From: Pyrinomonadaceae bacterium
GTDB lineage: Bacteria > Acidobacteriota > Blastocatellia > Pyrinomonadales > Pyrinomonadaceae
Direction: 5' to 3'
DNA length: 24,743 nt
Assembly: GCA_025929655.1 (NCBI GenBank)
Contig: JAICPV010000001.1
Coordinates: 1 to 24,743, forward strand
Part shown: one piece after another, positions 16,048-24,725 of the stretch
Position numbering within the stretch: the first letter of the stretch is position 1
How the letters are laid out: every line of letters starts with the position of its first letter
Notes under the pieces: generated by a model
Databases searched by the model: none
What the model saw: only the letters and a program-made list of their open reading frames with translations
Told to the model about the DNA's origin: nothing
Translations under genes and position numbers: made by a program

Positions 16048-17097
16048 ATGTCTTGGTTAAAGAACATCGGTGCCGTGGTTGCCATCTTTGCCGTTCTTTA
16101 TGTGCTGAACGCGATGATGAGCAGCGCGGGCTTTTTCGGAACCGGGATAAACGATTATCAGAGCCGGTTGCTGGTGTTCATCGCTATCAACATCATCCTC
16201 GCTACGTCGCTCAACCTGATCAACGGCTTCACCGGCCAGTTCTCGATCGGCCACGCGGGCTTCATGGCGATCGGAGCTTACGCGTCGGCTTACTTTTCAA
16301 ATGTTTACGGCGAATCGATCGTAAGGTCGTTTTCTTTTCTCGGCGAAACAGCTGCGGTAAGCGTTGTTCTCCTGATCGCGATAATCGTCGGGGCGTTGGT
16401 CGCCGCTTTGATGGGCCTTATCGTCGGCATTCCGAGTCTGAGGCTCAAAGGTGACTATCTCGCGATCGTAACGCTCGGTTTCGCCGAGATCATCCGCATC
16501 GTGATCTTGAACATCGACGCGGTAGGCGGTGCGACCGGATACTCGGTGCCCGGATACGCAAACTTTTTCTGGATCGGCTTGTTCGCGATCGTCACGATCG
16601 TCGTCATCAACAATATCGTCAATTCCGATTCCGGCCGAGCTCTGGTTTCGATCCGCGAGGACGAGCTCGCTGCAGAGGCGATGGGCGTGAACACGACACG
16701 ATACAAGGTTACGGCATTCGTGATCGGTTCCGCCTTTGCGGGTATCGCGGGCGTCCTCTTCGCTCACAACAACAAGTTTCTTCATACTAACGACTTCCAG
16801 TTCATCAAATCGTTCGAGATCATCATCATGATCGTGATCGGCGGGATGGGTTCGATCACCGGCGCGATCCTCGGCGCGATCATCGTGACGCTGCTGCCCG
16901 AGCTTCTACGCATGCTGCCGGACGTAACTCTGGGCGGCTTCACCGTTAGGTTCGCGGACCTCCGGCTGGTGATCTTCGCGTTGATACTGATCGTAACCAT
17001 GATCGTCAGGCCGCAGGGCCTATTGGGTACGATGGAAATTGGCCATATTTTCAAGCGTTTTCGCCGTGCCGATAAGCCGACCGGAGGTATGAAATAA
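16048..17097 (+). CDS. livM: Branched-chain amino acid ABC permease
   Basis: LNLINGFTGQFSIGHAGF, LRLKGDYLAIVTLGF, GRALVSIREDELAAEAMGVN. Confidence 0.93.
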   Translation: MSWLKNIGAVVAIFAVLYVLNAMMSSAGFFGTGINDYQSRLLVFIAINIILATSLNLINGFTGQFSIGHAGFMAIGAYASAYFSNVYGESIVRSFSFLGETAAVSVVLLIAIIVGALVAALMGLIVGIPSLRLKGDYLAIVTLGFAEIIRIVILNIDAVGGATGYSVPGYANFFWIGLFAIVTIVVINNIVNSDSGRALVSIREDELAAEAMGVNTTRYKVTAFVIGSAFAGIAGVLFAHNNKFLHTNDFQFIKSFEIIIMIVIGGMGSITGAILGAIIVTLLPELLRMLPDVTLGGFTVRFADLRLVIFALILIVTMIVRPQGLLGTMEIGHIFKRFRRADKPTGGMK

Positions 17098-17873
17098 TGG
17101 CGGCCACGAACGGAAACCAGGTACTGCGGACGCAAAACGCGACCATTCGCTTCGGCGGCCTCGTCGCGGTCAACGAGCTGGATATGGACGTCCGGCAGGG
17201 CGAGATCTACGGCCTGATCGGGCCGAACGGGGCGGGGAAAACGACGATCTTCAACCTCCTCACCGGTGTCTACGAACCCACGTCCGGCGATATCAATATT
17301 TTGGGAACGCGCGTCAACGGCCTGCGTCCTTATCAGATCTCGCGGCTCGGCGTTTCCCGAACTTTCCAGAACATCCGCCTTTTTCCGAGCATGACGGTTC
17401 TGGAAAACGTTGTGACCGCCTGTCACCGCCACGCAAAACAATCGATGGCGGATGCCGTTTTCCGCCTACCGCGCTATTTCAAGGACGAACAGGAACATCG
17501 CGATTTCGCTCTAGAGCTGTTGAGCATTTTCGAGCTGGAAAAATACAAGAACGAAGGCGGAACTTCTCTCCCGTATGGGAACCAGAGGCGGCTGGAGATC
17601 GTTCGTGCCCTGGCGACGCGCCCGCAGCTTCTTTTGCTCGACGAACCCGCCGCGGGGATGAACCCGTCGGAGCAGGAAGACCTGACCGCTCTGATCAAAG
17701 AGGTTCGCGACAAATTCAACCTGACGATCATCCTTGTCGAACACAACATGCGCGTCGTGATGGGCGTCTGCGACCGCATCCAGGTGGTCGACTACGGCAA
17801 ATCGATCGCGCTCGGACTGCCGCAGGAGATCAAGAGCGATCCGAAGGTGATCGAAGCGTATTTGGGAGATTAG
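17097..17873 (+). CDS. livG: Branched-chain amino acid ABC ATP-binding protein
   Basis: FGGLVAV, GPNGAGKTT, RTFQNIRLF, LPYGNQRRLEI, LLLDEPAAG, VIEAYLG. Confidence 0.93.
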   Translation: MAATNGNQVLRTQNATIRFGGLVAVNELDMDVRQGEIYGLIGPNGAGKTTIFNLLTGVYEPTSGDINILGTRVNGLRPYQISRLGVSRTFQNIRLFPSMTVLENVVTACHRHAKQSMADAVFRLPRYFKDEQEHRDFALELLSIFELEKYKNEGGTSLPYGNQRRLEIVRALATRPQLLLLDEPAAGMNPSEQEDLTALIKEVRDKFNLTIILVEHNMRVVMGVCDRIQVVDYGKSIALGLPQEIKSDPKVIEAYLGD

Positions 17874-17936
17874 TTCGTGGTTCGTTGATCGTTGTTCGTT
17901 GCATTCATCACGATCAACCAACAACCAACAACGAAC
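17873..17936. repeat. Heptad-unit palindrome filling the livG-livF gap
   Basis: Left arm TTCGTGG TTCGTTG ATCGTTG TTCGTTG. Right arm CACGATCAACCAACAACCAACAACGAAC. The arms are 22/27 complementary. Confidence 0.85.
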
Positions 17937-17942
17937 GTATTT

Positions 17943-18647
17943 ATGTTAACGCTCGATAATGTTTCCGTCAGCTATGGCGCGATCGAAGCTCTGACCGGCA
18001 TAAATTTGCACGTTGAGAAGGGCGAGGTCGTTACGCTGATCGGCGCAAACGGCGCGGGGAAAACGACCACGCTTAGGACCATCACGGGGTTGCTCGATCC
18101 GATTGCCGGCCGTGTCGTTTACGAGGGGAACGAGATCCAAGGCGTTCCGACGCACAAGCTGGTTTCGAGGGGAATCGCGATGTCGCCCGAGGGCCGCGGC
18201 GTTTTTGCGAACCTTAGCGTCCGTGAAAATCTTGAGATGGGCGCGTATATCCGCAAGGACAAAAAAGCTATCGCAAGCGACATGGAACGCGGTTTCGAGC
18301 TTTTCCCGCGGCTCAAAGAACGCGAAGCGCAAAAGGCGGGAACACTGTCTGGAGGCGAACAGCAGATGCTTGCGATGGCACGCGCGCTGATGTCGAAACC
18401 GCGGCTCCTCTTGCTTGACGAACCTTCGCTCGGGCTAGCCCCTCTCGTCGTTCACACGATATTCGAAGCGATCGAGCGGATCCGCCAGGAGGGTGCGACT
18501 ATCCTGTTGGTCGAGCAGAACGCGAATGCCGCACTGCACCACTCCGACCGCGCGTATGTGCTGGAAACGGGCCGGATCGTGATGGAAGGCGATTCAAAAC
18601 AGCTCGCGCAGGACCCGAGAGTTAAGGAAGCATACCTCGGCGAGTAA
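17943..18647 (+). CDS. livF: Branched-chain amino acid ABC ATP-binding protein
   Basis: Start at ATG 17943 (MLTLDNV). GANGAGKTT, PEGRGVF, LSGGEQQMLA, LDEPSLGLAP, VKEAYLG. Confidence 0.93.
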   Translation: MLTLDNVSVSYGAIEALTGINLHVEKGEVVTLIGANGAGKTTTLRTITGLLDPIAGRVVYEGNEIQGVPTHKLVSRGIAMSPEGRGVFANLSVRENLEMGAYIRKDKKAIASDMERGFELFPRLKEREAQKAGTLSGGEQQMLAMARALMSKPRLLLLDEPSLGLAPLVVHTIFEAIERIRQEGATILLVEQNANAALHHSDRAYVLETGRIVMEGDSKQLAQDPRVKEAYLGE

Positions 18648-18674
18648 GCCGTTTAGATTTTTTTGGCTTTCACG

Positions 18675-18705
18675 AGCGGAGGGTTTCGATACCTTCCGCT
18701 TTTTT
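18675..18705 (+). terminator. Rho-independent terminator of the liv operon
   Basis: AGCGGAGGGT-ttcgat-ACCTTCCGCT 10-bp stem (one G-U) followed by a T run ending at 18705. Confidence 0.8.
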
Positions 18706-18708
18706 CAT

Positions 18709-20127
18709 ATGGCGAATCGCGACAGAAAAAACTGGTGGCGTTGGCTGGCGGTCGTTGGATGTCTCGTCGGAGTATATGCATTGGTTCCCGAGACGGCCGC
18801 CCCGATCGAACACCGGGCGCTTCTGGCGATCTTTATTGCTACGATCGTTGGTTCCATCGTTCAGCCGCTGACGGGAGCGGCGATGGTGCTGCTCGGGGTC
18901 GTGGCTCTCGCGCTGTTTCGCGTTGTCCCGATCGAAAAGGCGCTAAGCGGTTACGCGGATAAATACGTCTGGCTGGTTCTCGCCGCGTTCTTTATCTCAC
19001 GCGCGATGATAAAAACCGGGCTCGGTCACCGCATTGCATTGATCTTCGTACGGCTGATCGGCCGCAAGACTCTGGGGCTCGGATATTCGCTGGTTTTCAC
19101 CGATTTCATTCTCGCGTCCTTCATCCCGTCAACCGGTGCGCGTTCGGGCGGCATAATCCTGCCTATCGCACGGAGCATTACGGAAACGTACGATTCGCGA
19201 CCGGAAGACGGTACCGAAGGGCGGCTCGGCACATTTCTGATGTCGATGCTTTACCAGAGCGAAGTAATTTTGTGTGCGACATTCCTCACGGGCCAGGCGT
19301 CGAATGTGATCATCGCCGGATTCGCGCGGCAGCACGCGGGCATCGATCTTAATTATTCGATCTGGTTCGTTTCCGCGATCGTTCCAGCGCTTGTTTCGCT
19401 AATTGTGATCCCGCTGATGATCTACCGGCTGTTTCCGCCGGAGGTCAAGGAGACGCCGCACGCCGTCACGTTCGCTCACGCAGAGCTGGAAAAACTCGGC
19501 CCGCCGTCCAGGCACGAAAGGCTTTTACTGGCAGTTTTCATTTGTGTTGTAGCCCTCTGGATAACCGCAAGGCTGCATGGCATAGACGCGACGGTGATCG
19601 CGCTCGTCGGCATCTCCGCACTGCTCGTTTCCGGCGTGCTTGAGTGGCGCGACCTGATCGACGAAACGCACGCTTGGGAAGTTTTCATCTGGTACGGCGG
19701 CCTCGTGATGATGGCAACTGCTCTGGGGGAGACAGAACTGCCGAAACTTTTCGCGGGCGGGGTAGCGTCATTGACGGGCGGAATGTCGTGGCCGGTCGCC
19801 CTCGCGATCCTCGCACTCGTTTTCTTTTACGCGCATTACGCGTTCGCCTCGATCACCGCGCACGTTACAGCGATGTTCATTCCTTTTCTGGCGGTTACGG
19901 TCGCGGTCGGCGCACCGGCCGGATTGACCGTATTAGTTCTGACTTATTTCGCCAATCTTAGCGCGGGCCTGACGCACTATGGCACGACACCCGCCCCGGT
20001 CTATTTCGGATTAGGTTATGTAACACAAAAACGGTGGTGGACGATCGGGCTGATCGCCTCGATACTGAATATCGTGATCTGGTCTCTCATCGGACCCGTA
20101 TGGTGGAAAGTTTTGGGTTGGTGGTAA
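18709..20127 (+). CDS. DASS-family (CitT/2-oxoglutarate-malate translocator-like) anion transporter
   Basis: AFFISRAMIKTGLGHRIAL, IPSTGARSGG, FLTGQASN, YAFASITAH, LTHYGTTPAP, WWKVLGWW. Confidence 0.9.
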   Translation: MANRDRKNWWRWLAVVGCLVGVYALVPETAAPIEHRALLAIFIATIVGSIVQPLTGAAMVLLGVVALALFRVVPIEKALSGYADKYVWLVLAAFFISRAMIKTGLGHRIALIFVRLIGRKTLGLGYSLVFTDFILASFIPSTGARSGGIILPIARSITETYDSRPEDGTEGRLGTFLMSMLYQSEVILCATFLTGQASNVIIAGFARQHAGIDLNYSIWFVSAIVPALVSLIVIPLMIYRLFPPEVKETPHAVTFAHAELEKLGPPSRHERLLLAVFICVVALWITARLHGIDATVIALVGISALLVSGVLEWRDLIDETHAWEVFIWYGGLVMMATALGETELPKLFAGGVASLTGGMSWPVALAILALVFFYAHYAFASITAHVTAMFIPFLAVTVAVGAPAGLTVLVLTYFANLSAGLTHYGTTPAPVYFGLGYVTQKRWWTIGLIASILNIVIWSLIGPVWWKVLGWW

Positions 20128-20149
20128 ATGCGATTGGAGGTGAATAAGT

Positions 20150-20218
20150 CACAGATCAACACGGATACACACGGATTAGGACCAATACTTATCTGTGTAG
20201 ATCTGTGTTCATCTGTGG
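20150..20218. repeat. 10-nt-unit palindrome between convergent DASS and ppiD-like genes
   Basis: CACAGAT CAACACGGAT ACACACGGAT, a 14-nt loop, then ATCTGTGTAG ATCTGTGTTC ATCTGTG. Confidence 0.88.
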
Positions 20219-20242
20219 CTCAAAATACTCTTTCTTCGCCGT

Positions 20243-22234
20243 TTATTGATCCAGGAGCCCGCTAAAGGGGTCAGCCGGAGTTGTCCCTTCATCGAGTTTC
20301 GCGATCACGTCGTTGTAGATCTTGATCTTGCCGTCTGCTTCCATCTTTTGACGTGTCGACGCGAGATACTCGCTGTAGACCTCGCCGCGTCTCTGACTCA
20401 ACATTTGCTCCATCAGCGTGTCGCGCGCCTTAGCGAATTCGGCCATATTCGCGTCCTCGCGTTTCGTCATCCCCACGATCATCCAATTGTCGCCGACCTT
20501 GATAGGTGTTCTCGTGACATCGCCTTCCTTCATTGCGTAGATCGCGTCCTCTAGCTGGTCGTTGGTTGTCGCGGTCGGCCCTTCGCCGAGCGGTGAGCCG
20601 AGTATGAATGCTTTCGAATCCTTTGCGGTTAACCCCTTTGAGGCTGCCGCCGCACCCAAACCACCGGCATCAGTAGCACCCGACGCGATCCCCTTTGCTA
20701 TCTCTTCGACCTGCGCCTGCGCCTTTTGAATTTTCACAAGTTCGGTAACCTGTGCTTTTACTTCTTCAAAATCCGCGTCGCGCGGGCCTTTTTGGTCGAC
20801 GAGCATCGGAATGGCGAAGCCGTCGGGGATCGGCGTTTTATCGCCGACGTCGTTCACGTTTTGGAGGGGAGCGATACCTTCCTCGAATTGCGGCGAATTA
20901 CCGATCTTGTCTACGGTGTCGCCGGGTTTGATATATGCGGTTTCGCGGACCATCTCGGCAACGTTCATGTTCGCCTGCGCGGCATATTCCTGGGCGGTCT
21001 TCTGGACGTCCTTTGATTGCTTCAGCGAGTCGACAACCTTCTGCGCCAATTCCGCCGCAGCGCCATACGCGCGGCGATTTCGCAAAGAAACCTCGATCTC
21101 CTTCTTCGCGTCCTCGAATGTCTTGGGCACGTCCTCGCCGCGGCGAAGCACGAAATAGCGGCCCTGATAATTGATCGGCTCGGTGATCTCGCCCGGCTGC
21201 ATCGTAAGAAGCTGCTGATACGGGTCGTCCTTTTTAGCTTGGTTCTCGCGGACCACTCCCGGGATCTTTCCGCCGGTTTGCGCTGTCGCAGGATTTTCGG
21301 ACTGCCCCTTTGCGGCTTCCGCAAAAGCTTCCTCGGTAACCGACGTCCCGTTTTGCCGCAGCCTCGCTACAAGTTCTGTCGCCTTTTGCAGGACCTGGGC
21401 TTCCTGATCAGGCTTCGGGATGCGGAAGACGATCTCTTGCCCGTTTACGCCGGCCTTTTTTCGTTCGAGCGGAAGCGCGTCGTATTCGGCACGTAGGTCG
21501 GCTTCCGGAATATTCAGCTTTTCGCCGATCTTCGAAGTGTTAACGAAAACGTAGCGGATCTTTTTCTGAGGCACGTCGATGCGGTAGCTTGCTTTGTTCT
21601 GCTCGTAATACGCTCGCAGCTCATCGTCGGTCGGCGTGATCGATTTGGCGAGGTCCGTCGCGTTGACGGTCACATACGAGAGATCGAATTTGCTGTTTTT
21701 CCGCTGATACTCTTTGAGAACTTCTTCTTCAGAAACCGTAACGCCCGACGTGATGAACGCACGCAGCTTGTTCGCGCTGAGGTCGTCACGCACGCTTTCC
21801 TCAAACGCCTTGATGTTGCCGAAACGCTCGACGATGCTCTGCTCGTACCGCTTCTGGTCGAAGGGTTTGCCGTCTTCCGGCTTGAACTGTTCGCGGATCG
21901 CGGCCGCGACCTCGGCGTCCGATGCCGTCAGGCCGAGCCGATTAGCCTCGACACGCGAGATCTTGCTGCCGATCATCCCGTTGATGATCATCTTCGCCGG
22001 GTACGGCCGTCCCTGCATAAACTGGCTGAATTGCTCACGCTGCCGCTCGATGTCGCCCACGGTGATCACTTCGCCCGAGACGGTGGCGGCGGTTTCCGAG
22101 CTGTTCACCGGATTTACGTTTAGATCGCCGCGCGTCGGGGCGTAGAAAAACACCAAGCTGCCGACCATCAGCACGGCAAACACCAGAAGAACGAAGTTGC
22201 GTGTCCTTTCGAGACGGGTGATAAACTTTAACAT
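20243..22234 (-). CDS. ppiD: PpiD/SurA-like periplasmic chaperone (N-terminal TM anchor, SurA_N domain, parvulin-like domain)
   Basis: Single N-terminal TM helix, GLTASDAEV, VTVSEEEV, and parvulin-like FAEAAKGQSENPATAQTGGKI...PGEITEPI. 663 aa. Confidence 0.75.
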   Translation of the reverse strand: MLKFITRLERTRNFVLLVFAVLMVGSLVFFYAPTRGDLNVNPVNSSETAATVSGEVITVGDIERQREQFSQFMQGRPYPAKMIINGMIGSKISRVEANRLGLTASDAEVAAAIREQFKPEDGKPFDQKRYEQSIVERFGNIKAFEESVRDDLSANKLRAFITSGVTVSEEEVLKEYQRKNSKFDLSYVTVNATDLAKSITPTDDELRAYYEQNKASYRIDVPQKKIRYVFVNTSKIGEKLNIPEADLRAEYDALPLERKKAGVNGQEIVFRIPKPDQEAQVLQKATELVARLRQNGTSVTEEAFAEAAKGQSENPATAQTGGKIPGVVRENQAKKDDPYQQLLTMQPGEITEPINYQGRYFVLRRGEDVPKTFEDAKKEIEVSLRNRRAYGAAAELAQKVVDSLKQSKDVQKTAQEYAAQANMNVAEMVRETAYIKPGDTVDKIGNSPQFEEGIAPLQNVNDVGDKTPIPDGFAIPMLVDQKGPRDADFEEVKAQVTELVKIQKAQAQVEEIAKGIASGATDAGGLGAAAASKGLTAKDSKAFILGSPLGEGPTATTNDQLEDAIYAMKEGDVTRTPIKVGDNWMIVGMTKREDANMAEFAKARDTLMEQMLSQRRGEVYSEYLASTRQKMEADGKIKIYNDVIAKLDEGTTPADPFSGLLDQ

Positions 22235-22335
22235 CAGTTACCTTTTATTAATTGCGGGTTAACGGCCTTTTGGGGCAAACTGTGATTTTAACAAAAACCC
22301 GATTGTATTCAAACGAAACGCCGTATTATTGACCT

Positions 22336-22403
22336 CTTTGCCATCCTGGCGTCTTTGCATGAAAAAAAGCTTTGTTTCACGCCAAGCCGCAAAGAACGCA
22401 AAG
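22336..22403. repeat. Empty copy of the CTTTGCG-arm palindrome
   Basis: Arms 22336-22364 and 22375-22403 are 22/29 complementary, with a 10-nt loop. The reverse complement of the right arm matches 11355-11383 at 27/29. Confidence 0.88.
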
Positions 22404-22418
22404 CGATTTGATCCTTAG

Positions 22419-23270
22419 ATGAGCGAAAAGCGAATAAGGTCTGTCGGGATCGTTGTAAAACCCAATAACGAGGATGCTGAGGCCACTGCCCTCCAGCTCT
22501 CCGATTGGCTGCGCGCTCGGGGCATCCAACTGGCTGGCGAGCCCGTTTTTACCGGGAAGGAAACCGACGAAACTCGACAAAAGATCGATGCAGACATGAT
22601 CGTCGTGCTCGGCGGCGACGGGACGATGATCGCTACCGCACGAATGGTCGCGGACTGTGACGTGCTGGTGCTCGGGATCAATTACGGCGGCCTCGGTTAT
22701 CTGACGGATTTTCGGATCGAGGAGATGTATTCTGCGATCGAATCGATACTCGCGGGTGATTACGAGGTCGATCAACGCGTGATGCTCGACGTCGAACATC
22801 GACGCGGGAATGAAATTGCAGGGTCCGGCCGGGTTTTGAACGATGTCGTTATCAACAAGGCCGCACTCGCCCGCATCATCGAGATCGAAGTTACACTTAA
22901 CGGCCAATTCGTAAATTCGTTTCGATCCGACGGCCTTATCGTCGCGACGCCCACCGGTTCGACGGCCTACAATCTCTCGGCCGGCGGCCCGATCGTGTAC
23001 CCGTCCATGAACGCCGTGCTTTTGACGCCGATATGCCCGTTCACGCTCACAAACCGCCCGATCGTCGTGCCCGACCGCGCTGAGATCGAGCTCAAACTGA
23101 TCGACGGCCATGAAGGGGTCATTCTAACGCTGGACGGCCAGACGGGCTTTTCGATGAACGGAGGCGACACTGTTCGCATTCGTAAAAGCGAAACGACGTT
23201 GAATCTCCTCCAGCCGCCAAACCGGAACTACTTCGATGTATTGAGAAACAAGCTAAAGTGGGGCCGATAG
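22419..23270 (+). CDS. nadK: NAD kinase
   Basis: LGGDGT, GINYGGLGYL, LNDVVI, DGLIVATPTGSTAYNLSAGGP. Confidence 0.96.
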   Translation: MSEKRIRSVGIVVKPNNEDAEATALQLSDWLRARGIQLAGEPVFTGKETDETRQKIDADMIVVLGGDGTMIATARMVADCDVLVLGINYGGLGYLTDFRIEEMYSAIESILAGDYEVDQRVMLDVEHRRGNEIAGSGRVLNDVVINKAALARIIEIEVTLNGQFVNSFRSDGLIVATPTGSTAYNLSAGGPIVYPSMNAVLLTPICPFTLTNRPIVVPDRAEIELKLIDGHEGVILTLDGQTGFSMNGGDTVRIRKSETTLNLLQPPNRNYFDVLRNKLKWGR

Positions 23271-23379
23271 GACCCGGTCCGGAAGGATTGGCACCCCTAC
23301 GCCGCCTTCACATTTCAATTCAGTTTTCTGTGAGCGACACGTCGCCATTTAGACGCGTTCCGGTATTACAATTTAGTTG

Positions 23380-24099
23380 ATGCAGATCTTAGCTGACGGG
23401 TCCTATACGATCGATGATGAAGTTTCGATCCCGAACGAGGGCGTTTCGCCGTTCGTTTTTAGCGCAGGCTGGCTGCTGGAGATCGTCGAGATAATAAGCG
23501 GCGAATACTATTTCCTCAGCGATGGTGTTCCCGTGAGGCCCGAAGGGAATAGGTTTGGGGCATATTACCCTTCGTTCACGGTTGTCAGCTCCTATGTAAA
23601 GGACTTTCGCGGTAAAGTCCGTGGCGTCGGAAAGGTCGAGGCAATCGACGGCCTGCCGGCAAAACCGGTCATTTTCGAAACTGACTATGACCGGGCATTT
23701 GTTTCGGCAGCCCAGGCGGTTGATGTTCTCGGCTCCGCCGGAAACCTGCGAAACATCGAAATAAACACGAACCCTTCTTTCCTATCCATTCGCGCCAAAA
23801 GGCTGATAGATGAAAACTACGCGGTTTATCCATCGATCTCAAAGATCGCCGAACGGCTGAAAGTGTCGCACGCTCATCTTTCGCGTCAGTTCAAGCGCGA
23901 CTTCCAGACGTCGCCGAGCGGATACCTGCATCAACTGAGGGCTTCCGACGCCACATTTCGCCTGTCGCTCGGTGAGGAGATAATCGATATCTCGCACGAG
24001 GTCGGTTACAACGACCTCAGCCGGTTCTACAAACAATTCAAAAAGCAAACCGCGACCTCACCCGCCGCATGCCGAACAATGCTGGGAAAGAGCGCATAG
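23380..24099 (+). CDS. AraC/XylS-family transcriptional regulator
   Basis: C-terminal double HTH (IAERLKVSHAHLSRQFK...ISHEVGYNDLSRFYKQFK). ATG 23380 is preferred to TTG 23377. Confidence 0.88.
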   Translation: MQILADGSYTIDDEVSIPNEGVSPFVFSAGWLLEIVEIISGEYYFLSDGVPVRPEGNRFGAYYPSFTVVSSYVKDFRGKVRGVGKVEAIDGLPAKPVIFETDYDRAFVSAAQAVDVLGSAGNLRNIEINTNPSFLSIRAKRLIDENYAVYPSISKIAERLKVSHAHLSRQFKRDFQTSPSGYLHQLRASDATFRLSLGEEIIDISHEVGYNDLSRFYKQFKKQTATSPAACRTMLGKSA

Positions 24100-24170
24100 A
24101 TCGATATCAAAAAACGCCAAGACCAGTTTCATCGTTTCGAACTACAATTCGAAGTAATGGAGGCGAAATT

Positions 24171-24725
24171 ATGCGAAAAGTGATATACGGCGGAGCAACA
24201 AGCCTCGACCTTTATCTGGCACGCGAGGACGGTGCTGTGGATTGGCTGATCCAGGACGCCGAGGCGATGGAGCTCATGAAAGACATGTGGCCGCGGTTCG
24301 ATGCGATGGTGATGGGGAGAAAAACCTGGGACGCATCGATAAAGAACTTTTCCGAAGAAGAACTGGAAAAAGCGCGTGAGATGAGCAAGGGAATGCGGGC
24401 GGTCGTATTCTCACGAACACTCGAGCCGGGCGAGCGGCACGGAGCTGAATTCATAAACACTGATGCGGGCGAGTTCGTGCGGGAGATGAAACGCGAGACG
24501 GGCAAAGACATCATGGTGATGGGCGGCGGCGAACTCGCGCAGTCGCTCTTTGAAGCGGGCGTCATCGATGAGGTCGGCTTTAATATTCATCCGGTCCTTC
24601 TCGGCAGCGGCGTTCCGGCATTTCACAGAATGTCGCGACAGATCGACCTCGAACTCCTCGAATGCAAAGCGATGAAAAGCGGCTGCGTTTATGTGTATTA
24701 CAGGGTGAAGCACGCAACCGCTTAA
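24171..24725 (+). CDS. Dihydrofolate reductase-like (RibD C-terminal domain) protein
   Basis: GGAGG then ATG 24171. SLDLYLA..DGAVDW, VMGRKTW, VMGGGELAQS, IDE..HPVLLGSG. Confidence 0.88.
   Translation: MRKVIYGGATSLDLYLAREDGAVDWLIQDAEAMELMKDMWPRFDAMVMGRKTWDASIKNFSEEELEKAREMSKGMRAVVFSRTLEPGERHGAEFINTDAGEFVREMKRETGKDIMVMGGGELAQSLFEAGVIDEVGFNIHPVLLGSGVPAFHRMSRQIDLELLECKAMKSGCVYVYYRVKHATA

Noticed and set aside
21120-21460. Parvulin domain of the PpiD-like protein appears to lack both conserved His residues
   Set aside because: It is already established that PpiD-type parvulin domains can be catalytically inactive, so this is not novel.
6180-22403. Reading the repeats as CRISPR arrays
   Set aside because: They are inverted arms of 7-10-nt tandem units with no constant repeat/unique spacer periodicity, and there are no cas genes.
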